A stretch of DNA of 64,000 bases from Magallana gigas (Eukaryota). Below are positions 25,146 through 37,100 of this stretch, piece after piece (position 1 is the stretch's first letter; the number at the start of each line of letters is the position of its first letter). Position numbers and translations under genes: made by a program. The stretch lies in the NCBI RefSeq assembly GCF_963853765.1, contig NC_088859.1:16368001-16432000 (forward strand), written 5' to 3'. The notes beneath the pieces are model-generated. The model saw only the letters and a program-made list of their open reading frames with translations. It ran no database searches and had not been told where the DNA came from.

Positions 25146-28100
25146 ATGACAATAATCACCATGCCGCTTAGAATGTCACATAAATGGCCTAAATCTTGTG
25201 GATTTGATGTTTTCGGTGAAGGACCCGCATATGTGCTGAGTGTAGCGAAAGGAAGCATCGCATTTCATGCTGGTCTCTCGCCAGGAGACGAAATCATTGA
25301 ACTAGATGGGGAGGATGTTACTAATGCTTCAGCAACAACCCTCAAGTCCCTGGCTAAGCATAGTCGCTCCCAGCCCCCCACTTTGGGAGTTATCACTCGT
25401 GTTCAGCAGATAGAGGTAGTGTGTTCGAGAGTATCGGGGTGTGGATTCGATGTACAGGGCAACAAACCTGTGCATGTGAAAAATGTGGAGTTATCGGGAC
25501 CAGCTCACCAAGCAGGTGTCAAACCAGGTAGGGTAACTTTGAGTGATGTCTTATGAATGTTTTTACCCTGCTATTGAAAAATGCATTTATTTATCCACAT
25601 AATGATTATGTAGTTAAATGGCAGTTTGATAATATCTACTTGTACATTGGTCATTATCATTGTGTGAATGGGCTTTGATTAAATTAGTCTTCATTGAAAA
25701 AGAAAGTAATGGTCCTTTGCTAATTTGATTGAATTTTAGTAAATTAGTTTAGAATCATTAACTCTCTTGGTGGATAAAAGTTCATAAATATTTATAATGG
25801 ATGTCAACTACCCATCAATTTACATTCCAGAAACTTAACATTTGCAATTATATACACCAAACATTTTTTCGTAGGTATAAAAATGTATGCTCAGAAACTA
25901 CTATCTCACATAAAAACTGAAATCACTCTTGCACAAACCAGTAATACTTCAAATATCCCTGAACATTGACTGCTGCGTCCTCGAAATAAATTAATAATTA
26001 CACCAAAATTGACATTGCTCATCAAGATTTAATGTGTTTGTGTTAATAACAGGTGATATTCTTTTGGAAATGAATGGATTTCCGATCCGGAAACAAGAAG
26101 ATGTCAGACCCTTCTTGTCCGGGAGGTTAAGAAGACTCGCTATCAGCATTATCCCCGTCGGAAGACGCAAGGAGTACAAACATGTTCTGAAGAGAAATGT
26201 TCCAACTCAAAACCAGCCCGGAGAATGGGGAAGAGTCAAAAGAGCCAAGTCACTACACGACAGGGTAGGACATTCACTTGTTGTTGTAACCTTCAGTATG
26301 TTTATAATTTTACACAGATATCTCTTTTTTTTAAAACCATTATTAATATAACAATTTTATGACACAAAATTTAAATAGACAGAGTTTTCGTAATATCTTT
26401 CCCCCATTTTTAAAAAATATGTATGAAAATAAGTCTACAAATAAAGCTTGATTTATTTTTGTGGAAATATTAAGTTTGATGAAGACATACATGACAGAGC
26501 TACAATAGCATCTCTACCTTAAACCTTGAAAATATTCAAAATTCCTATATATTTTCATGGCTTGCAGAGTATGTATTTAGGCCTACTTCTCAATTACGGT
26601 ACTCTACTATATCAACAGATTTGAGGTTTATAGATCATTTATCGGAAGTGGTGGTACGTGTAATAATTCATTTTTAATTGTGTATTAAATTTTCTGAGCA
26701 TCTTTGAAATAATATTTAACAAAAGAGACAGACTGTTCAAAGATACATATGGATGATGGGGCAGCTAGTTTATTAAATGGTACAGCGATTGTAGGAAGAG
26801 GTACGTAACTTGAATGTACAGCTACTGTAAGAAGTGGCATTCTGTCTACGGTTGATGTTCCTCTCCATGAATAATTGATTATTTTATTTATTTGATTACA
26901 CACCCAAACGCTGTCTATTTTTCTTTTATTCCCCCATTAAAGGCAAATAGATCTGTGAAAAGATGGATGACTGTTAAATACCTTGAAAAAAGAGGAAAAA
27001 ATCAATTATAGTAAAGAAAAAAATCGATCCCAGCTGTGTAAGAGTGGAGTAGGTATCTTGATGTGTAAACATTGGATGATCTTTTCTGAACAAAAGTTTA
27101 TGATCTTTAATGTAAACAGAAAAAAGCCCCTTTCAGTGAGATTTGTCCTAGGAATTTTATGCAAAATATGCATATGAATGATGTGTAAAAATAGGGATTA
27201 AATTTTTTTAAGAAGCTCACAACCATGCTATTCATGTATAAGGAGTAATACATCGTGATAATACACAGTTATGTCTTGTGTATTATATCAAAAAACTTCA
27301 GAATACTGTTTTCGTAATTAATGTTTTGATGAACATAATACAACTATAAAAATATCTTTATGTTAAAACAGCTCTATTAGAACATACAACTAAAGAATAG
27401 TAAAGATCAATCAAGATTTGTTTGAATACTCGCTTTTTTTACCCTACAAAAAAAAATGCAGAACGCCTTGACACACAAAGAAGAAATAAAGAGTATTCCA
27501 GGTACAAATCTTGGCTCCCTGATACCCGATGTAAGGGTATCGAGAGGAAGCTCAGATCAATACCAACAACACTCAGGGGGATAGACTTCATTTATTTTAC
27601 AAGACGTGAACACCATAAAGAAAAGCTAGCCCTATGCTTGCAATCAATGGCCGGGCTGATCTGGGCCCATGCTAGTCTGTGGGGTTTCTTGATTAATTTA
27701 CCGTACCAAGGCATCAGGTGAAACTGTACCAGTAATTGTAAACAAGAAACACCTGACAATGAATTCATATTGTTACCTGTAGAAAAGAGCCTACAGGTTT
27801 TCCCTCCTTTTTAATTTTTTTTTAATTTTTGATTTTTTTTTTCTTTACTACCATGTGCAAGAAATTAGCAATAAGTGAATTTTCATGGAGGAGAGAAATA
27901 CGAGAAATGTGTTTATGATTAACAGATAGAAAAATATTAGAAATTTAAGTGACAATCGTGATTAAATCAATCAAAAGCAACATACTGGTACTCCAGATAT
28001 ATTAATGTCTGCTTTACATGATATTTTGATTTTAAACAATTTATTCAAAGATTCTGAATGCTCTCTTCAAATTGTTTTTTTCTGTTTCAATTCATTTAAA

Positions 28101-31100
28101 ATTGTGTGCATGCAGAGTGGGTGTTAAAAATGGTTGCTCCTAAAAACTGAGTCCATATATTAAAGGGCTTGGAGTATAGAGAAGAAAAAACAAATTTTTT
28201 TTTCTTGTATTTTGCAACAAAACAAAAGAACAAGGCAAGATTAAATTTGTATCAAAGATATCTATGCTGGTGATTATTATAAGCTGCAGACAGGAATGCA
28301 ATACATGATCCACACTGAAGGTTGAAGCTAAGCTTGTTCTAATTAAAGGGAGCCTTGTAGATTTTACCACTGTTGATTTTGTTAAGTTCATCAGTTGCCT
28401 TGTGTCATTAACTCCCTAATAATATTCCAGCCAGAAAAATTAATCAAATTAATAGGATTTCCCAAGTTTATGTGCGTTTTTGTACCAAGCAAAGCGAAAT
28501 TACTTCAAAATCGGCCATTGGCTTGTGTATCATTTGCTTCAACAATAAGTTTTTTGGGTCCCATGGCTCATAATCATGGGGAAATGCCTCTACAGAATAG
28601 CTTTAAAACACAGAATTGGATTCATCCCGTAGTATCGGGAATGGAACGGCTATGTTATTATCTGAAACATCTCATTTTTTGTGAAGCTTCATCAGGAGAC
28701 AGGGCCATAAGTGCCATATTGACAATAGACCATTGAAATATCAGCCTGATCAATGTATTGATGAGATAAAAGGGGATTTGAAATGTTTTGGTTGTCATGG
28801 AGATAAATAAGTTAATATAAAAAGTTTACCTTTAAGTTTGTAAGGAATAAGAGCTCCTGTGCATATAATTTGTTCGAAGAAGAGGAAGGGGAAATATGCA
28901 GTTAGGATATCATTATGAGATTACATGCTGATGATTCGGATCATAAGAGTGCTTTTATGTGATTATAATAGAGGGGGGTGCCATGGCTCTCGTTCCTTTC
29001 ATTAAAAAACAGATCTATCTCCCGATCTTCACAGCCAATATTGCAATGTTGACTGTGAACTTTACGCAGATGAACGAGATTCTGGGAAACGACTACGAGA
29101 AGAAGATGGCGGTGGTCAGTGTTCTGAAGCAGTACGCTGAGGATCGGGACGTAGACATGCTGGCCCGGGCTCTGGCCGCCATCCTCAAGACCCCCAAACA
29201 AACCAGAATCATCCAGCAGATCAGGTACAGTGCCAGATATTGTAGGAGTTACTCTGTGTGTTTTGTGTATATGTGTGTGATCTCGCTTGTAGTTGATTTA
29301 TTGAAATTTTCACAATATACATGTATAAGAAAAATATATATTGATTAATATTTTTTTTATAGATTTAAACACAAATACATTGTACCAAAAATTTTCACAG
29401 TAATCGAGAAGTATATTCATTAGATATAAAAATAATCATAACATTGCACCTGATGTTTACTCATTATTATTATTGAATCAATATAAATAGTATTGAAATT
29501 GTAATATTTATTAAATACAAAAAATCAGTTACATAACATAACAGTATTTAAAAAGTATTGTTATATATTTATAAAATATGAAGATTCAAATGGATGTACA
29601 TGGTTCCCAACTTTTTCAAAATATACGTTAGAAAGGGCAAATGTACTTTAAAATATAATTGATTTACCGGTACTTAAAGTCAATTTATTGGATGAATTGT
29701 TAAAAGGAAATTGTTATTTGAATCTTTTGATGACATTGATTCTTCTATGTCTCTTTTGATCAACTCCTGGTTTATGTACCAATAAAGATTTGATACTGAT
29801 TGATATAAAACATTTGATATTGATAACGATTTATGTCTCTGATGTCATAATGAATTTTTAAAAATTATGTTACATAATATCCAAAACTTTCAAACCTGAA
29901 AAACTGATATTTAAAAAAGGCAAAAAAACCAGACTGAAAACAATGCTATAGATGTAAAACTCGAACCATGGCAGTCGACAAAAAATAATGCAGGCAATTC
30001 AGCCTCTCTTATTTATCGTAATCATTATCATAGTCATTAATGATAGCGGGGAGAATCTTTGATCTAGCCTCTCCAAAGATATTGTGAAATTTAGACCTCT
30101 TTGTTGTGCACTGCTGCACAAATTATGTTTTTGTTTTGCAGGCAGTTTATTCCACCTAAACAGCGGGCCCGATTTGATGAGTTTCATAAATATCAAAGGG
30201 CAAATATGATCAATTTTGAGGAAGAGGCGTCTAAATTTGATCATGCTCACACTGAGAGAAGGTAATGGTATTTTTCTTGTACAAACCTTTACTTGTATCT
30301 GTGCTCTCTCTGTCCTGGGCAATGTTTCTCAAAGAGAAATATAAGAGAAACCATGTAATGGTTTTGGAAGGATAATATTATTTTAAAATATTCAGAGGAG
30401 ACAAAGTGGCATTTTGACTTGTTTGGTAAAAAAATCTACTTGTAGTTACGTATTGTGACACATCTTCCACAGAATATTCAGACAGGTGTTGATTTAAACA
30501 AAAGCTTGTCACTTCTACCTCATTTTTTTCTTACATTTGGACAGGATATTACATATGAAACTTTTTTTTACTTCAATAACTTGAATTTATGCTTGCACCA
30601 TTTTATTTAGAGAAACTTTTTTAATGGCACAAAGGATTTTCTTTTTACAGGGTTTTTCAGATATTTCGAGAAAATGGTAGTTTTGGTTTTGTCATCAAGG
30701 GGAACAACCCAGTTTGTGTGGAGTCTGTTGATCCACTGGGACCTGCGGATAAAGCAGGGCTACAGGCAGGGGACGTCATCCTGAAGCTCAATAGTATTGA
30801 TGTCAGGTAAATAATACACTGAGACTCTAATGCCCAATATTTTCAACAGATGATAAAACATGCTTTATCAACCCTTTTATGAATGTGTTAATAGTTACAG
30901 AAAGTCAATTTTTAATATTATGTGTAAATATTAAGTATGCAAATTTAGTGAGATCAGTTGGTTAAAGAGATTGATGGAGGCATGTACATTTATTAATTGA
31001 TTCATTGATTTGTAACATTTTGCAGACGATGCACACATGCTCACCTAGTGCAGCTTTTACAGGACAGTGGGTCCTCACCAGAGATTGAGGTCCTGAGGAC

Positions 31101-34100
31101 CCATAGAGATGGTAGGGACATAGAAATGAGGCTCAATTTATTTTAAAATTACAATTGTTTACTTTAATCACTTGTAATGCAAGTAATATATGAAAATTAA
31201 ATTGCAAGTACAAGTATTTATCTTTTTAATTAATTTGTACCTATGTTGTTTCTCTTTGTTAGGTGGGTTGAGCACTTTCAGCATGTCTACAATGTCCCTG
31301 TCCTCCATATCAAGCCACGCCTCCTCAGAGTGGATGAAAGCAGACGGCAAAGACATGATTGACAGTAATGGAAAGTCCTTCAAAAGCCATGTTGGTTATA
31401 TTCATAGCTATGTATCTCTTTCCTATGTATCTCTTTCAAAATTCATGCTTGTTTTTCATCTGTTTTTGCTGAAACTGTTTTGATATGAATTACTTTGTAG
31501 GCTGAATATTTGCTGACATCCAAAGAAAGATCTCACATGAGGAAAGCCATGATACATTATGACACATCCAGGTATATAGAAAAACACATTTTCTGCAAGT
31601 ATTTCATCATAATTTTGTTGATTTTCTTTCTCACATTTAAATCTGAACATATTAGAGAGCGGGGTGAAAATAATTTTCTAAATTGATAACTTTTTATGGG
31701 TAAATGTCATGCAGCAGTGGTTATTGAAGATGTGTGCGGAAATAGACCAGTGAAATGGGGGGGGGGGGGGGGGGAGTAAAAAAAAAAGTCTTCATTCAGG
31801 AGAATACTGCAGAGAAACTACCGGTAAGTTGCTTTTAAAATGAACTGTTTAATTAAGATATTTTGTGTATTGTTATTTTAGAAACATTGTTGATTTCTAC
31901 AATAAAGTGTCCCAGATACTGGACACCCAGTCCAAGAAAACCCTGTGGAAGTTCATCCTCCTTAAGCTGACTCCTCCGCATCAGGAGTACTGCCTCAACA
32001 AGATCAACCTGTCAGAGGAGGTCTTACTAGGTAACCACTTAATGTCTTCTACTTTGACAATTTTTTTACATTCGCTTGTTATTATTTCAGCTACATTGTC
32101 CATTGGCCTCGAATATCACTGGCCCTGCTCTGTCTGTCAAGTCAAGAAAAAATTGGTATAGTTTGATGCCAAAGACTTGATCGAAAAGGCAGAGCATTGT
32201 TTTCATTGTTACATTGTATTGCTTGGGTTATTCAATTTTATTTTCCCTTATTTACTTCTTAATAGTTTGGGATTAATAGCTACCTTTTTTTTTAAGTTGT
32301 CTTATTATTCTTTTGATAAAATGAATGAAATATATATTCCTTTTCAGAGGTAGCAGCCCTTCCAAGTCACATTGGAAGAACAGATGGAAGGAGTGAGTGG
32401 TTTTACTTTGCTCTACTGACTTCATTTGTTATTCAAAAATATTTAAGGGTTTTAATGGTGGAAACACTTCTGCAAAAATACTTCTTGAAACTACAGAAAA
32501 TAACTTTTACTTTAAAATTCTGAAACTTGTCACAGAAAAAAATCAGAAATTCCAGTTTAAAACAGACATACTTTTCCCCTCAGAAATTTCAAGACCCCAT
32601 ACACCTCGCCAAAAGCCACAGCTGACCTCGTTTCAGCAACAGTGTGAATATTTGTTAACCTCCAGAGAGCGGACTCACCTGAAAAGGTCGCTAAGAGCCT
32701 ACGCCCACAACAGGTAGGGGGCACCCACTGATCTAGGGCTGTTAACACAGAAATGCTATTGTATATATTAACAAAATGATGCACAGTAATGGTTATGCGT
32801 TAGCGAAGAGCCAGTGTTTTACTGTATTCATTTGGGAAAGATTTTTTAATTTATGCATCACATTTGCAGTGCATATGAATTAGAGTGATTATAAAGTGTA
32901 ATAAACTAATAGTCTAAATGTTAAAATCAATTTTACTGATTTATTGCATCTAAGGTTTCCATGAAATTTTTTGCAATCTGTTTTATTTGTGTAATGAGGA
33001 TTACCAATGTGCAGATTAATTCTTTTCCAAATCTTTCCCATAAATTGAGAGATGGGATCAATATGTCCAAAAAATTTGATTTAGATTATGCAATACTAAA
33101 CATTGTTATAAAGGATTTGGCAAAGTTGGATTATAATGTTGAAAAGGTTATTCTTAACTAGGGAAAAGCCTGGAGGCCCATCTAATTTTAGAAGAAGCCT
33201 TGGAACCTGGAAATAAATATTTCTCTTTTAATGATATTTTTAGAAAAAAAATTCTGATATGTGAATTCTCATTTAGGACTCTAAGAATTATGGAAATAAT
33301 AATCACCAAACACTAGATTTTTATAATTGTGTGATACATATACAAGAAGTTTCCTTGCATCAATGATAAAGAAAAAATTTTTATCGGTCAATTCGTGAGG
33401 AAGAAAATTTGCCATAATTTTATATGGAAAAATTTTCAGTAACAAAGACAAAAAGCCACTCTTTTTACTTGAAATTCATTTTCTAAGGAAAAACAAAATA
33501 AGAAACAGGAATTGGAGAACAAAACCTAATAAATAAAATAGAGAGGGAAAAAAAGGCGCTTTTTTTTATTTTTCCATAATTTATTGTTTCATGTAGGAAT
33601 GTAGAGAGCTTGATTCAGTCGCTGGAGATCATTCTGGACACGCCCTCCAAACACACCCTGTGGATGTTCATCATTCCCCTCCTGATCACGGAGCATCAGG
33701 ACTACACTAGGGAAAGACTCAACCTACAGGCTAGCAGCAAAAGTAAACTCCTGTCTGATCTAATACAGGCTAGCAGCAAAAGTAAACTCCTGTCTGATCT
33801 ATGTCATGAGTGAATGCAAGCAAATATGTCATGAATGATCTACAATATTTATTAGAAAATATTTTTCAAGAAATTGGTAAAATTAATGATATTATTTAAA
33901 TACTTTACTGCTATTTTGTTATTGCACGTGTTGATCCTGCATAGGCTTACTGGTTTAGAGCAGAAATTCACTGATAGTCAATCTCCGTTCTATAATGAAA
34001 TTCTTTTGCAAGACTTTTTCATCTCCTGCTATCATTTATGTTTAAGGAATTGGAAAATTCCTTACAAGTGCTTCTTGTTATTGATTTCCTGAACAGACCT

Positions 34101-37100
34101 GGAGATTTTTATGTTAAATATTGTTTTTGTAGATTCCATCAAAACGGGCACTCCTGGTAGTCATTTTGGATCAACAAGGAGCAAAGTTCATGGAAATCCA
34201 AATGATGAATTCAAATATGGTATGAATGGTTTTTTCCTGTGTATTTATATATTGAATATGTAATTGTGATAAATGTCTTGAAGCTTTTAGCTGATTCTGC
34301 TCTTATTAGTAGGAGCAGCAGCAAGCTCCCTAAAGAGAAATCAAGGACGATCTAATTGGGTAAGAGTTTGCTTGCTCTGAAAGTGTATCATACATGTACT
34401 ATATATTAAGATAAATTTTATTCATGCAATTTTGTTGACTTGCATAAAAAAGGGTTTTCCCTGAATTTTAATACACTTAAAGTTATTATACTTAAGCTTT
34501 GGATATGTTCAGTTTCAATCAATCAAACCAAATTTAAATTCATCAATCATTAAAATCAAATATTTTGACATTGTATGTTTCACGCAGCTTGTTTAAAATC
34601 TTTTGAATGTTTTTTGCATTGGTCAGTCTTCATACTCCTCTGATGAAGATGTTAGGGATCGGAGCATCAGGTCAGGGGTCAGAAAGGCCAGAGGTCGCTT
34701 ATGGAAGAAAATGCATCCTGGGTACACCTACTCATCAGACGACATAGATCTCATCGGGAAACATGGATATGGTAGGGGCTGTACTGGGTCAAACTGAGGC
34801 ATCAAGTACTGTAAACCAATTTTTATTCGCATGTGAGAAATTTTCTGGAGGTTCGCAAGAGCCTCATTGTTGCAAATAATTCTCACCGTGAACCAATGAT
34901 CAAATGTCGGTGGTAAATTATTTTTCAGATAATCTGAATCTTGATAGCAAAAATTAGTTGCCTCGAACAAGTTTATCTATTGTGCAAAATAAAGTCAATG
35001 AGAAAAAAAGTTGGTTTACAATATTGGTCTGGTCTGGTCAGTTACTATCAACTTATTTTGAATTGGGAAGAATAGGATAGATCATTTGCTTCTTTTTAAA
35101 CCATCTCTCTGCTAAACTTAAGCTTAAATTTTTAACATCATATTGTTTGATAATATATGTATTTATAGATGAAAGCTAAACATTTTGACAATACTCCTTT
35201 TTCTGAACCATATTGAAAATAATTATGTAATAAGAAGGGAATTTTATTGTATATTAAAGACTTCAGTAGACACAGAGATGGCACAGGGAAGGCTTATGAT
35301 TTTGCTTTGATGAAGGAGTTAGAAGAAACTAGGAAGGTGGTTCAGGAGGCCAAGAGAGCATTCCAAAGCAACAGGGGATCAGGTACGACCGTACTTATAG
35401 TAAACATGAATCTTCTCTGTTTCTCTCTTTGCATGGTATTACATGTGATGATTAGAAATCTTGTACCAAATATTGATTTTTTCATAGGTAGTTGTGATTG
35501 TTTGAAGGTTTTGCTATTTACAGGTTTAAAAGTAGTCGGAACTGTTTTCATTTCAATAGTTAGTTTATTAACTTCAATTTAAAGCAAAATCTTGCACTTA
35601 AATTGGTCTTGCTCTCTTTTTATCATTTAGAATCGGAAGAAGAGATCCATTCTGCCACTAAATATGTGACCGTGATCCCCATCCCTCAGTTTGAGCACTC
35701 CAATATCAATCACCATGAGAGTCCATTGTTAAATGGACATGCTCACTCCACCAGCCTTCCCAACGGCCTCAACGAGCCCCCAGAAATCATCTTCACTAGT
35801 GAGTCGGACAGCGAGGCTGACTTTCAAGCAACTATGACCAAGTCACTGTTTTCTGTGAACTCCAAAGATTCCTTCAACACTAGGGCCCTGACGGCCCTGA
35901 AGGAGCTGGATGCTGCCATGGCAGCAGAGGCATCCGACCTAGAGTTAGGTCCCCTAGGGATGAAGAGAAATGGGAGTGTACCTTCCCCCTCACAGTCGTC
36001 CACGAATGAGGACACTGACCCAGATACAGATCATCAAGTGGCCGTACCCCCACCTCCAGGTGTGTATCAGGTTCTTGAATTTGGAGGGGGAATATCTTAT
36101 TGGCAATTTTACAACAAAAGTACACTGCAGTATTCTGAGACTGCCATTTAATTATAAGGTTTATTATGTGCTTCGTAAGTTTAACTGTTTATACATCCAG
36201 GCGTAAACATGTATTTAACATGGAAGTGACATTTTCAAGTCGGAATGGTACTGAATTTATGTATCCAAGGATCTTATGGGTTTTGGGATACTTGTGTATC
36301 AGTTCTTAAGTATTAGTTCAAAATTCAAGGAAGATTTGGATCAGAGGGCTGATAAAAAAAACATTACAATTTTCTGAGAGATCTAAGTTGTTGATTCATA
36401 TCAGCAAAACTGTTTTTCACAAAGATGAAAAAGTTACCAAAAAGATTGGAATCAGACAACCAAAGTAATTAAAATTTACATTCAGCATTATCTTGATTTT
36501 ACAGAATGAATTTTTACCATGTTTACATTATGGTGCACTTGTTCCCTGTAGGTGTATAGGTAGAGTAATTGAGCTGTCTTGTATCTTTCAGCCCCTCCTC
36601 CCCCTCCTCCACCCCCACCTCCCTCCCTGGTCACAGATGTGGGGATGTCAGTGCACCAGGTCAATGTCAAGAGGATCAACTGGGAGAAGCTTGATGCTGA
36701 TAAAGTAGAGAACACAATCTGGGAACAGGTATGAGAAGAGAATTTATTTGGGCATGAATATATAAACTTTTGTTTTTAATTGAATTATAATTTAATTTAG
36801 AAAAGATCATAAATCCATGTTATTTCATCTCTCTGACACTCTACACACTACAGAATTCGGCACCCACAAAATTCAATGATTTCTCAGTGCATGGATACAT
36901 TGAACTACACATGATTCTCAAATCTGAAGAGCATTGATATCAAATAAAAGGCCATAAACCTAGTACTACTCTCACTTTAAACTTTCGATTTTCAGCTTGG
37001 AAATGATGACTTGGATGATGTAATTAAGTACCTTGAATTAGAAAACCATTTCAGTGTTCAGAATAAAAAAACAAGTGAGTGCATGTTTTGTGCAGATTTA

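Noticed and set aside
32091-32155. Exon-like segment in a delphilin intron (good AG and GT)
   Set aside because: At 65 nt it frameshifts into stops with either next exon, unless an unfavourable GAG acceptor at 32349 is used. It is not supportable without RNA data.
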